This document shows positions 25,034 to 38,021 of a DNA stretch of 64,000 nucleotides, in pieces. The notes below the pieces were generated by a model that was not told the DNA's origin, searched no databases, and saw only the letters and a list, made by a program, of their open reading frames with translations. Position numbers and translations under genes: made by a program. How positions within the stretch are numbered: the stretch's first letter is position 1; every line of letters begins with the position of its first letter. The stretch spans positions 659,992-723,991 of the forward strand of contig NIVC01000105.1 of assembly GCA_002269645.1 (NCBI GenBank), written 5' to 3'. The stretch comes from Macrostomum lignano. Lineage: Eukaryota.

Positions 25034-25600
25034 CTGACCGGGCAGTAGGCCAATAGCACCCTCAAGGCTGGCCCGACACCAGGAGGGGGACCGCTTGCGA
25101 CCGGACTACTCCCCGGCCTTCCAGCCCATCGGCACGGTCAACACTTTAGGCATTAGAGAGTACGTTGAGCAGTACCACGGCCTGCACGTTGGCGAGCCAG
25201 ACCCGCATACCCAAATTCGGCCGAAGCCACTGGATAGGGTCGCCAGCGCCGGAGCCCAGTCTGTCCAGCAGCCCTAGGGACTGCCTTGAACACACGCGGG
25301 GACGAGTACCCTGGGTCGACTTGCGAGACAGCGTGGAGGGGGGGGGTCTGCGGCTGCCAGAGGCAAATAGAGGGTGCAGACCTCCCACCAGCCTTGACCT
25401 GCTGAAGATAGGGGCAGGCGTGAAGCATCGCAGACCTTAGCCCATGGGCCTAGTCTGTCTCATACTTCACTGGCATGCTGAATACGCCTTCGCGTGCGCC
25501 TTGACCTACAAGTGGAAGCAAGGATTTGGACAAGTCTACTGTGTGTTGGAAGTAATCGTCAAATGTTCATCACCGTGATAATCATCAGAAAGAAATATAC

Positions 25601-27062
25601 CTTGTATGGATGCCCTGGAATCAGGGAGACCATATCTGGCATATCGGTCACGGCACCGGTGCCGCTGGTGTCGGCATCAGCAGTAGCGGCAACATCGGCA
25701 ACGGGCAGCGGGAATGCAGTAGCGGCAACGGACACAGTGGCCGCAGCTGCATGTGGCGCGTCCAATGGAATGCCCATCAGCTCAGCTAGCATTCCAGACG
25801 CAAAATCGCCCGTGTCTGTGACTGGCTGTGCTGCTGGTGCATTGCTGCTGGCTGCGTCTTTAATGGCATCAGCAAAATGGGCGATGCGGAGAAATTGCGC
25901 CCTGAATGCGGCCTTTGAAGAGGAACTGTCATGCTGTACCTTAGTAATAGAAGGAGTAAAGAATTGACTGTACAACCTTGAAATTTCTACAATAGCATGC
26001 GCGAATATAAATTTGGGCCCCGTGTTGCCAACCTGGACCAACTCCGCTTGTAGCTTGTCCAGCTCCTTTTCCAGGCCCGAAATACGGAGGCGCATTGCAG
26101 TGCTCTCCTGCTGCAGCCTGGCGTTGACTAGGTCCTTCGCGGCGCAATCCTCCTTGAGCTGCTGATGCTCAATTTGTAAACATTGCATTGTGTGCCGCAC
26201 ACTCTGCAGCTCCGCGTCGCGCACATGGCACTGCGTGCAATCAAGTGACACTGAAAATTCGGGATTTTGGCAGACTTCGGAAAATTTGTTGGCGAACTCG
26301 TGATTACCGTTTAGGTGCTGGCCCCATAACAGGACAGTCCTGTGCACATTGCTTCTGGTTCGGCTTCTTAGCCCATTGCAGCAAAACGTGATACCGCTAG
26401 TGAAACCCTCTTCGTCAATCAATTGAGACGCACCTGTCACGACTGAAGTGGCTTGCATGGAAGCAGTAGCTGTGGCGGCAGCCTGCCTATTAGGAGCAGC
26501 GGCGACAGCAGCAGCCTCCTTACCAGCAGCGGCGACAGCGGCAGCATGCTTAGCAGCGGCAGCCTGCTTACCAGCAGGGGTGGCGGAGGTGGAGGCGATG
26601 GGCTTCGGGACGGTGGATGCAGCAGCAGCTTGGGGGTCCAGATGTAGTACAGGTGACCCTGTCTAAAAGTCTGTGAGGTAGAATGGCTCAACCTCAGTAT
26701 GTAAGAGGCTCGGCTTTTGTGACTATGCGTCAATGAACCTGAGCAGTCAATTGACACGCACCTGTCCCTACTGGAATGGCTTGCATGGAAGCAGCGGTGT
26801 GACGCTCGGGGATGGAGGTGGCCGGCTCCACGGCTGTCTGATATAGTGGCTCCTCAACAGTGGCTGGCTCAGCAGTTTGAGAACTTGCTGATTCAGTTGC
26901 GGAGCCATTCGAACCACCTCTTGGCAGCTTTGACGGTGGTTTCAGGCGTGACACACTGTGTGGCAGGTTCTTAGGTCGGCGACCCCGCGCTTTGAGGTGC
27001 ACCGCCTCGGAACAGCCGTCAATTATGCGACTAGGACTGTGCATGTTCCTACGCTTTGTCAT
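25601..27062 (-). CDS. Uncharacterised spliced gene (exons 27062-26739 and 26662-25601), Ala/Pro-rich plus coiled-coil; 3' end not found
   Basis: Phase-0 intron 26738-26663 (GT..TTTTAG) links the frames. The 1062-nt second exon is open and ends at AAG|GTATAT. Heptad-like stretch LQIEHQQLKEDC..LEKELDKLQAEL. Confidence 0.55.
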
Positions 27063-27289
27063 GCTTCTGTAGGTGTGATAGGAGGGACGTACCTGTTATT
27101 CATATAGGTGTGCGGATTGACGTTAATACAGAACAGAATGAGAAAGGAGCAACAAAGTAAATTTCTCGAACCATGCAGCGCATGCAATTAATGCGCTGTG
27201 TGGATAGCGCCTCATCCAGGCGTCCGACAGCCCTAGGATAGCTGTGAAGCCAGTGCCTCCCCCAAAAAATTCCGCCATTCCCTATGAGC

Positions 27290-27880
27290 CTTCATATTTC
27301 AACAATTCCCATAGTAGGCCTTGACAACTCAGAAATTCCCTCAGTAAGCATCGACATTGCAGCAATTAAACTCGAGCCTTGACAGCTGCGCAATTCTTCC
27401 CGCCCAGTAAGCCTTGATATCTCAGCGATTCCCCCAGTAAGCCTTGGCATCTCGGCCATTCCCCCAGTTGGCAACATCTCAGCAATTCCCCCAGTAAGCC
27501 TTGACATCTCAACGATTCCCCCAGTAAGCCTTCGCATCTCAAAAATTTCCTCAGTAAGCCTTAACATCTCAGCAATTGCCCCAGTCAGCCTTAACATCTC
27601 AGCAATTCCCCCAGTAAACCTTGACATCTCAGTAATTTCCTCAGTAAGCCTTGACATCTCAGCGATTTCCCAGTAAGCCCTGGCGGCTTCTCAGTAATTT
27701 CCTCAGTAAGCCTTGACATCTCAACGATTCCTCAGTAAGCCCAGGCGGCTTCTCAGAAATTTCCTCAGTAAACCTTAACATCTCAGCGATTCCCCCAGTA
27801 AGCCTTGGCATCTCAGCAATTCACCCAGTAGGCCTTGGCATCTCAGATATCCCCCCAGTAAGCCTTGACATCTCATCATA
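27290..27880. repeat. About 30-bp tandem repeat (agtaagccttgacatctcagcaattccccc), decaying to about 28870
   Basis: Direct reading of many diverged copies. Confidence 0.92.
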
Positions 27881-29599
27881 AGCCTCATAAGCCTCATTAG
27901 CCTTGAAATCTATATTTCGCCGAAAGCTTTGACCTGTCAGCAATTCCCTGAAGAGCTAAAGCATTTAAGTAATTCGCCCCAAGAGCCTTTAATCTTAGCA
28001 ATTCCACCAGGAATCATTTATGTCTGACAAGACGATTGTTCTATAATTGAACCCAAACCCTAACCATAACCCTAACCTGCAGACGAGTCACAGCATTTCA
28101 GCAACTCCCTCTCAGCCTAAGAATTTCAGCAATTCGACCATGAGCTTTTGAAATCTAAAAATTTTCCCAATGAGCCTTAAAATTTAGCGACCAACCCATC
28201 TTGGCAATGCCACATGAGTCATGGTTGAAAACTAACCCTAAGCCTGCCAAGTCACAGCGTTTCAGCAAGTCAACAATTACCCTTAACAATTCTTGAATTT
28301 CAGCTATTCCCAATGAGTCTTTGACATCTCAGCCAGTCTCATGTGAACCTTAGCATCTCAGCAATACCCAAATAGCCACAGTCTACAGCATTACAGGGAT
28401 CCCCCGTGAGCGTTGACATTTCAGTGATTCCATAATGAGCATTGATATCTCAGAAATATCTCAGAAACTCCTAATTGAGCCACAAAATTTAGGCAATATC
28501 CCCAAGTCTTGCAATCACAGCAGTTGCCCTGAGCCACAGTATAATCCAGATATCCCCCCATGAGCTTTGGTATTCCCCAATGAAGTCTTTAATGTTTGAC
28601 AGGCCAATTTAATTTATGGTTTCACCCTTACCTTACTCTAACAATCTCGGCAATTCTCGAACAGCCAAAGCATTCCAGTAATTATCCCCATGAGCTTTGA
28701 CAGCAAAGCAATTTTCTAATTAGCCTTTATAACATAGCAATTTCACAAATGAAACTTGAAATCAAAGCAATTCTCCCGAGAATTACATCATTATAGCAAT
28801 TGCCCCATAGGCCTTGGATCTTAGAAATTCTTCCATGAGTCTTGACATCAAAGCAATTTCCCATACCAGCCCTCACATCTTAGCAATTCCGATTGAGTCT
28901 TTTATGCTCGCCAGACCGCTTCTTTTATGGTTCACATGGTGATTCTTTTTCGCTTTTTCTTGCGTTGAGTTTTCTTCTGTTCAAAGTAGAATTTATTAAA
29001 AAATTACAGTGGTTCACCATCACTTTAGCAATGGTTCACCAGCACTTTCGGCAAAATCTGCGAGCAGATGGCCACTTATCTCCATATTTAAACCTAACTC
29101 CCATAAATCGGCATTTATCCCCACAACAACCTGAAATTATCCCTGCATCTAATCCTGCAAAAAGACTGCAGTCATTTCTTAGCAGCCGGTATTTATCATC
29201 CGCTTTGCATTCTACAACTTTTATTAAAATGAAGCATGTATACCCTCAGCGGCATATAATTGTCCCCGAAGCAAAAATATTTCACTTAGCAGCTCGCGGT
29301 AATCCCCTCAACAACTTGTACTTAATCTTCCACAGTTAATATTCACTCAAAACTCAATAGTTTTTTGTTACCCTCAGAAGTCTGCCATTATCCTCCTTTA
29401 GTCGACAGTTTTCCCTCTCAGCAGTCTGCAGCTATACCCTCATACGTCTAGAGGAACTACCTCAACAGTATGCAGTTTTTCCCCTCTGCAATCTGCAATG
29501 ATCCCTTCGACAATCTGCAGTTCCGTCAGCAGTCTGCAGTCATTCCATTTGCAGTCTAAAACTGTTCCATTAACAATTTTCATTCATCGTCTCAGCAGC

Positions 29600-30810
29600 C
29601 TGCAGTTCTCCTCTCCGCCGGCTCCTCAGTCTCCTCTGCAAACTGCAATTTGCTCAGCATTTTACGGCTCACTAATAAATTTTCGATACATATCGGCAGT
29701 CTTGCAAAACTCAGCATTTAGCAATACCTTCAGCAGTTTTTTTTTCAGAATCGTCTGCTGTTTAGCAAGTTCATACTTTTATGGAGCTAGGCAATATACC
29801 CATTGATGGGATCAGTACGCTCGTAATACATGTACTCGAAGCAGTTTTCGAAGCATCAAACTCGAAGCATCAAATTTGCTTAGCGACTTGTGCCAAATAG
29901 CAAAAATAGTTCATCAAGTGTGCCTTGTTAATTGAGCATAATAGTTCCAATTAGTCAAAGCACAAGCTAAAATGAAATAATAAGTTCAATTTTAATTGTC
30001 CGCTGCTAGGCAGACTCGAACCTGGGACCTTACGTCTACCCTAAACCTTGTCCTAGTGCTTACAGTGCGGCTACTCCGCCTATTGATCGGAGGGTGACAA
30101 AATCACCCATATATGCTTTGGCACTGCAGTCAAATACACAGCAGTGATAGGCTGCTTAGTGCACGGGTTGTATGCAAACAGAGCCAATGCGCAGTTAGGT
30201 GAAATCTATAAATTAGATTTAAGTCTGGAGGAACTAATTCACAGTCTGCAGTTCTTCTCTGGCCGGCACCTCAGTCCCCGCAGAAAACTGCAATTTGCTC
30301 AGAATTGTACGGCTCACTGATCAATTTTCGATACATATCGGCAGTCTCGAAAAGCTCTGCATTTAGCAATACCTTTAAGCAATTTAGCAGCATTGTTTGC
30401 AGTTTAGTAATTTCGTACTTTTATGGAGATAGACAATACCCTTTGATAGGATCAGTTATACTCGAAGCAGTTTTAACAAATCAAATTTGATTAGTGGCTT
30501 GTGCCGAGTAGCAAAAAATGAATTGCGAGTTAATGAAAAATGTTTCGATTAGTCGAGGCAAAAGCTATAAATTATTAAATTATTTTAATTTTAATTATCC
30601 ACCGGAGAGGCAGACCTTTGACCTTACGCCTAGCCTAAACCTAGTCCTAAGTGCCTACAGTGCGGCTACTCCGCCTATGGATGGGAGGACAACAAAATCA
30701 GCCATATATGCTTCAGAACTGCAGTTAAAATACATAGCAGTGATAGGCTGCTCAGTGTGTAGGCGTGCAGGCGGAGCCAATGCACAGTTGATTGAGTGAA
30801 ATCTATAAAT
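29600..30810. repeat. Diverged direct duplication of a roughly 600-bp block (29600-30212 and 30246-30810)
   Basis: Shared aactgcaatttgctcag..cggctcact..ttttcgatacatatcggcagtct..cagtgcggctactccgcctat..gaaatctataaat. Confidence 0.9.
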
Positions 30811-31009
30811 AGCAATTTTCTATGGAGTCCGCCAGTCAGAGCCAGGGTCAGAATGTACACACGCAGCCACTGAGCATTTTTCTCCTTGCACACTGCAACC
30901 AGTATTGAAGCTTACACAGTAGAGAGAGAAAAGTTATGGCGCAATCATAATTGGAATTGGAATTCAGCCAGTCAAGAATTCAAACAAAGTTTGCCCTCCC
31001 ATTGAAAGC

Positions 31010-31806
31010 ATTGGGAAAACTCGTGTTTCGAATATTTAATACCTTTAGCATTAAAGCCGATTAAAGAAATTTTAACTGTCTTCTTTCCAGATAATTACAA
31101 ATCTTTTGGCAAAAACGTGATTAAAATTGGTCAATCGATTCGATCTCTAGAGCGTTAGACGAATACTAACACAAATTCTCTTCGAGTGAAAGTCACACGA
31201 AGCAGCTATGACAATCAAATACTCAGGCAGTCAGCATCAGTCTCAAATAAAGTTAGCAATATGTTTACGCAATTTCTGTCTTTCAACTTGGCACAGTGTT
31301 TTCAACTTGTTGTGATGCAATCTTTATCAGAATCAGAATTTAGCCAGTCAGTTTTTATCTAGCAGTCTTACAATGAATTTCAAGTTGAGAAGTCTGCTTG
31401 AACTTTGTAGAAAAGCATGTTTTTCGAATATTTAATCCCTTTAGCATTGAAGCAGATACAAGGAATTTTAACTGTCTTCTTTCCAGATAATTACAAATCT
31501 TTTGGCGAAAACGCGATCAAAATTGGTCAAGAATTGCACAATCTTTAGAGCGTTTCAGATGGACAGACAGACAGGAAGAAAGACAGACAGACATATATCT
31601 TAGAGATTTAGTATAGTTGGATGGATGGATTTGAATATTTAATACCTTTATCATTGAAGCAGAAAAAAAATTATCGGTACAATGACCGAAAAATTTGCAA
31701 TGCTTTCAGAAAACGCGATTAAAAATGGTTGAGGCATTCAATCTGTAGAGTGAAATTCCACAGACAGACAGACAGACAGACAGACAGACTTTAGAGATTT
31801 AGTATA
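31010..31806. repeat. Three diverged copies of a roughly 200-bp unit; copies 2 and 3 end in (ACAG)n plus ttagagatttagtatag (possible non-autonomous Helitron-like unit)
   Basis: gaatatttaat.cctt...gcatt.aagc at about 31030, 31426 and 31634. Copies 1 and 2 share ttttaactgtcttctttccagataattacaaatcttttggc. Confidence 0.7.
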
Positions 31807-31899
31807 GGTGGATTTGAATGGATTTGGATTAGAAGAAGAAAGATTTAGATTTAGATTTTATTTTTATTTAGTATATCTGATAGCCAATTCCAACCAGGG

Positions 31900-32310
31900 C
31901 TTTCCGTTTAAACTCCAACCACAGTTTTCCCCCTCCATAATATCCCAAATGCAAAGAATCTCATATGCAAAGAATCCCCCATCCAAAAATTCCCCGTACA
32001 AAAAATTCACATCCAAATAATCCATAGATCTCCTATCCAAATAAACCCCCATCAAAAAATAATTGGCCAAAGAATCCCGTTATCTAAAGAACCCCCGTCC
32101 AAATAACCCCCATCTAAAGAATCCCCATCCAATTTCCTATATCTAAAGGAGCCCTTTATCGAAAGAATCCATCATCTAAAGAATCCCCCATTTAAAGCAC
32201 CCTCCATCGTAAAAATCCCCCATCGAAGGAATTCCCCAATGAATCACATATCCAAAGATTTCCATTAGAAGCACCCCTCCCTCATCCAAAGAATCCCCAA
32301 TCCATAGAAT
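31900..32310. repeat. Degenerate short tandem repeat (aaagaatccccatc)
   Basis: Recurring ccccatc(c/t)aaagaat units. Confidence 0.85.
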
Positions 32311-32315
32311 TCCCC

Positions 32316-32755
32316 CCAAGACTTAAACATCTCAGCAATTCCCCAAGCCTTGACACCTCAGAAATTCCCCCTAAGCATTGACATCTCAGCGATTCCGGCG
32401 CAAGCCTTGGAATATTATCAAATTCTCCACGCCCAAAGCCTTGACATCTCAGTAATTCCCCTCTTCAAGCCATGACATCTCAGTAATTCCTCCACTAAGT
32501 CTTGACATCTTAGCGATTTCTCTCCGTCCAAAGCCTTGACCTCTCACCGATTCACCTCAAGCCTTGACATCTCAGTAATTTTCCTCCCAAGACTTGACAT
32601 TTCAGAAATCCGCCTTAAGCGTTGAAATCTCAGCATTTCCAATCTTCAAGCCTTGACCTATCAGAAATTTCATATTATTCCTTGATATCTCAGCAATTCC
32701 CTCTTAAGCCTTAACATCTCAGCAATCCCCCCTACAAGCCTTGACATCTCAGCAA
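32316..32755. repeat. Second block of the aagccttgacatctcagcaattcc repeat family
   Basis: Same core and orientation as 27290-27880. Confidence 0.9.
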
Positions 32756-34266
32756 TTTGAGCGTGTGAAACATTCTATTTGTTGCGGTACCGGCCCTCGA
32801 AAGCCGGACGCCATAGGCGTTTTTCAGCGTTCTTTCTTTTCTATGTGCCTGTTTTTTCTGCGCCACTGTGCGCGTGTCTGGGCGGCTTCTGTGTCCCATC
32901 GGGGGCGCGCCCGTGCGGTCCACCGAAACCGGCCCAGCTGGTGAGCCGTCTGTCGGCTGGCTGCACTCTGCAGCGGATGCATTCTGCATCGTTTTCGCCT
33001 TCTCAACTCCGTCGCATCGGCGGCGTCTTCCAATGTGCTTAATTCTGCTGTTTTTTTTAATTGACCCATCTGCATATTACTTATTATTCTTACAGCAAGA
33101 AGATGTAAGAACCTATGTCTACATAGGTTGAAATTCTTTGATATTGCATTTGTTTGTTTTTAATTTACACTTCAAATATTGATGCATTATTTACTTTAAT
33201 TCGATAATTTTCAACAATTATTGATTCGCTTTTTGCCTTGTCTTAATAGTAGCTCGTACAATCTTCGATTTGATGTTTTGCTCTGAAGCTTTCCTATTAA
33301 TGAAACTATACTCAAAATAACTCAACAATATGCTTTTTAAAGACACATGTTCACTCTAGGACGTTCGATATTCTTTCATAATTAGTATGCACACAGCCTT
33401 CTACTTGTAAGTAGTGTAGCTACGAGCTAAACCTCTTTTTGGAAAAGAGGCGAGTGTGACGATGTCACTTTCATACTTCTTTCCTATTCTGCGTCTTACC
33501 TGTAAAGCATACAGTATATAATCTCTTTTTACATGTACATTACACTTAAATTCAACCTACTTATTTAATTTATTAGCGTTGACGTATTTTTGTAATACCG
33601 TAAAATTCAGAGAAATAGTTAGCAGTATATAAAACGTATTCAAATATTTTTCTTCCTCTCGCTCATGCCTTCCTCCACACCGTCTCATTACAATACTACT
33701 AGTACTACCAACGCTCATTGCTATCTATAGTATCAGACGAACTAGGTTATTATCAATTGTGAATTGATTAAAATAAACTCTCGACATCCGACGCAATATC
33801 GACATCGTTCACTACTTCGTTAATAGTCGTTCTAAATTCGTCACAGAAGGGTTTTTCGATATGGGAGAGCGTACAATGAGTATATAAAGTAAAATGCATG
33901 GAAATCTTCTTTTTAATGCTGTGCTTTTAATTTTTCGAATCTCAGCAAAAAATTATATTCCCGAAATCAGCGTTTCTAGCTCTTTTCAGCAATACAAGGC
34001 TCTCTTCTGAAAAAAACTCGAAGCACAAACAACGATTGAAAATTCCTGCTTTAAAGCATTCAAATTTAAAAGGTGTAAATTCAGCGCCAGCTACAGTGAG
34101 AGGCCTGCAAGTTGATGCATTGAAATTAACAACCAAGCCAATGCCCAGGACTTCTTATTCAAAAATTTCGATAATAATATCACTTTAATAGCGACACCCG
34201 CCTCTCAATTCAATCAATTAAACTGAAATAGTGGTCAGAGGGTTGTTGCGAAACTCAGTAGTTATT

Positions 34267-34361
34267 ATAACTTCAAGTGCATAAGTACATAAAAATTCAT
34301 AAGTGCATTTTTACTCGTAAATCCTACACTTCGTAAATCCTTCATGTGCACTTGAAGTTAT
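34267..34361. mobile_element. Tiny inverted-repeat element (MITE-like)
   Basis: Perfect 15-bp inverted repeat, ataacttcaagtgca (34267-81) and tgcacttgaagttat (34347-61), in TA-rich flanks. Confidence 0.5.
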
Positions 34362-34788
34362 TATATTCGTTAGATGAGTAAGAAACGTAACTCTGCGTTT
34401 GAAATAAAAATAGAATGCATCGATCGATTCGGCGACAGCTTTGAAACTTTTCTCAGCTGTGCCTCACGCTGCAAGTTTATCACTTTCTAATTTCTACATT
34501 TTTCGAACGAAATTATTACTCTTGGCTCATGTCATTTCTTTTCTTTTCATTTTCACTTCTTTTTATTTCATTTTTATTTCTTTTCTTTCAATTTCTCGTT
34601 TCCTTTCATCTTACTCAAATGAATTACTTCTTCCCTGGCTTCTCTCTATACCAATCGATGTTTTTTTACACAACCCTATCCAATTTTGCCGTATCCATAC
34701 GACAAATCCATACGCTCGTACATCTGTCAACTGCAACTGCAACTGCATCAGAGCTAACAGCAACGGCACGATGGGCAACAGCCCCAAG

Positions 34789-34852
34789 AGCAGCAGCAGC
34801 AGCAGCAGCATCAGCAGCATAAGCAGCAGCATCAGCAGCAGCAGCAGCAGCA
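34789..34852. repeat. Interrupted (CAG)n trinucleotide tract
   Basis: Direct reading. Confidence 0.97.
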
Positions 34853-37800
34853 CCTCTTCAACCTTGCGGGACAGTCCCGGCCACCAAAACCGCTGTTTGA
34901 ATTTCGCTTGGGTTTTTTTAATTCCTAGGTGACTGCCGCTTGCACCATCGTGTAAGATTTTGGCGACTTCCTCGAAGAGACAGTCAGGCAAGACTATTTT
35001 TTTCGCGAGGTGCCTGGAACTCGAATTAGGAAGAGTTCATCGTCCACTTTTATCTGATTTCGGTGGGCCCAGATTTTTCTCATGGTTGGACTGATAATTA
35101 GGTCTATCTGCGTGTCCTTGCCATCTAAAAACTGCCTGATTCGTACCAGAGCCGGATCCTGACTTTGAGCCTCCTTGAGATGATCTTTGTTTAGCGGCGA
35201 AGCCAGCATTACGTTTACCTGTTCTTTAACTAGGGGTGGACTGCTGCACGTTGGGCACGAGTCTTGAGCCCACTGCCGTCGAACTTTCTGCGAAAGGCTA
35301 TCCGCATTCTGATGGAAAATTCGCTTCCTGTGCGAGATCTCAAAGTCGTAACGCTGCAGCGTCTCAAGCCATCTAGCACATTGCCCCTCGACGTCCTGGA
35401 TTTGTCAACCACGAGAGAGCGCTATGGTCTGTCCGTATCTTAAATTTCCTTCCCAGCAAATAGTACTTGTACAGCTTTACGAAGTGAACTATCGCTAGGA
35501 GTTCTATTCTGGTAGTACAGTAGTTTCTTTCACAATCTGCCAGCGACCTGGATCCATAGGCAATGACGCGCTCTGACCCATCGGGTTGGCATTGTGACAA
35601 GACTGCACCGATCCCAATCTTTGAGCTGGCGTCGGTGTCCAGCACAAATGGTCCAGCTCCCTCGGAAAAGTCTGGATAGGCCATGATCTCCGCTGATGTT
35701 AGCGATTTCTTGAGTTCGGAAAACGCCTGCTGTTGTTCTGGGCCCCACATAAACTGTGAGTCCTTGCGCATGAGCTTGAACAACGCGGCTGCCTTTACTG
35801 AGAAGTCATTCACGAAATTTCTGTAGTAGGAGCAGAGGCCCAAAAATGACTGCAGTTCTTTTATATTCTTGGGTGTGGGCCAGTTTCGAATTTCTTGTGT
35901 CTTCGCAGGATCTGTCGCAATACCTTCAGACGATACGACGTGCCCTAAGAACTTGGCTTCCTTGGACAAAAAATGACATTTCTTGGCTTTCAGGCGGATC
36001 CCAGCAGTTCGTAAGCGATCGAAAACATGCTGGAGCCGCTCAAAATGCTCTTCGTAGGACTTTGAAAAAAACTATTACATCGTCAAAATACACAAGACAC
36101 TCTCTCCATGTCAGCCAAGCCATGACAAGGTTCATCAGCTTGACGAAAGTCGCCGGGGCATTTCTTAGCCCAAAACTCACATATCGCCAGGCGAACTGAC
36201 CTCTATTTGGAACTACGAATGCCGTCTTAAGTTGATCTTTTGGATCTAGCGGGCATTGATGATATCCTGAAGCCAAGTCTAGAGTTGAAAAATTAGCATT
36301 TTCTGCAAGTGCTTCTTAAGTTTCATCCATTCGCGGCGGCGGAAATGGGTCAGGATTGGTTACTTCATTTAGTCGGCGATAATCCAGGCACAGCCTGATG
36401 GATCCGTCCTTCTTCCGCACAGGTACGACCGGGCTGACCCACGGGGATTGACACTCGTAGATCCTACCGCAGTCTATTAGCCTGTCGATTTCTTTATCGA
36501 TTTCTGGCCTTATGTGCGGCGGGATGCGGCGTGGTGGTTCTCTAGTTGGCCTGGCGTCCCCAGTTTCTATGGTATGCATTGCCTGGTCAGTTGAACCCAG
36601 CTCGCTATCATCCTTGGCGAAGACATCTCTGTTCTGACGGATCAATTTTATGAACGACACCTGCTGCTCATTGGACAAGTCCGGTGAGTCCAAGCTGCCC
36701 AGATGCTCTACAGGATCCCAGTCTTTGTCAAGAGACCTGGTTAACTTGTGCCTTGGGTGCTTCATCATGATTTGGTTGGCTGCCATGGACGGGCGAGAAC
36801 CAGCCAATCTGCTTTCCTTTTGTCAGTACTACAGGTTCTCCCGACACATTCGTAATCTGCCTTCAAATATCACATTGACAAAACCAAGTTCTGTACCTTG
36901 TGCGGGTTGGCTCGGTGCGCTGGGTTGGGCCTCTACTGCTGGTTCGGGTGGGTGCCTGGGCGGCCCCGCCTCCAGGTCCCCTGACCGTTTCCCGTTTGCA
37001 GCTGGTCTCTCTGCAGTTTAAAACACCTGGCCCGTTTGTGACCGGGCCGGTTGCAGTAATTGCAAACTATAGGATTTCTGCATTGCTGGGTCGTGTGGGT
37101 GGTCTCAAGGCAACGACCACACTGGAAAGTTCTCTGAGCTGGTGCTGCAGCCTGGCCGGGTTGGGGATTAGGGTGCTCATAATAGCGGACTCCAGTTCCC
37201 GATCCAGCCTTCAGGACTTGCAGCTCCGCTCTCAGTTCTTTCAGCTCTTCGCGGAGTCTGACTGCCTCATCTTGTGTGTTACTTGCGGATACGTTCGCTG
37301 AGGGCCAAGGTTTCTCAGTGCTCGCTTGAGCTGTGCGGAGGGATGCCATACTCTGCCTTACACGCCTACAAGCTGCGTCGAGGGTACCCGGTTCCTTCAA
37401 TAGCAAGTGTTCGCGAATTCTATCGGCGATTCTGGCACCTAGTAGGAACCGGTCTCTTGCTAACTCATCTCTCTGTTCCACCGGCAGGTTTGGGTAGGCC
37501 CGGCGGACAATTTCTCGAAGGGCGTCGGCATAATCTTCCACAGATTCATCCTTAATGCTGATTAAACCGCTGTGAAAGGCACTCAACAAAATCGTCAAAC
37601 TCTAGATTGTCTGGCAACTCAAGGTTGGCAATGGCTCGGTAAGCTGAGTTTAAGTCCATCATACTGAGTAGGTGCTGCTTCCTATCTTCCTCAGGGATTT
37701 CTGCAGCCTCACAGTACGCTGTAAACTGTTGGAACCAAAGTTGGAAGTCCTGTCCAAGGGCAAACTTTGACGGTCTGGGGACTCTCTGTCCGATATTCAT

Positions 37801-38002
37801 TTGGTTCTGCACTCTGGCGGCGAGTGCGTCAATTAGGGCATCGATGTTGTCCATTATGGCGGCGACGAGGAGAAAGCAAGATGGGAAGATTCAACTACGA
37901 GTAGTCTAGGCAGAAAATCAGACTAAATATCAAGTGCACTCCAAAGTGCTAGATCATAAAAGTACAACCCAGGCTCTCTACTAGTAAACTAAACCTTAAA
38001 CA

Positions 38003-38020
38003 ATCCTGGTCACGGCACCA
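38003..38020 (-). other. Primer-binding site, tRNA-His type
   Basis: TGGTGCCGTGACCAGGAT is near-complementary to the 3' end of eukaryotic tRNA-His(GUG). Confidence 0.8.
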
Positions 38021-38021
38021 A

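Larger units (their letters stand above)
22568..25490 (-). mobile_element. I/R1-group non-LTR retrotransposon, 5' half only
   Basis: Arrangement of 5'UTR, ORF1, APE. The 5' boundary is approximate. Confidence 0.75.

Noticed and set aside
27292-27657. MSRLTGGIAE 10-aa repeat protein
   Set aside because: The frame breaks within the same array past about 27660, and the second block has variable unit length.
34441-34932. Poly-Ser/Ala/Leu/Gln ORFs
   Set aside because: Translations of the CAG tract and of antisense Gypsy sequence.
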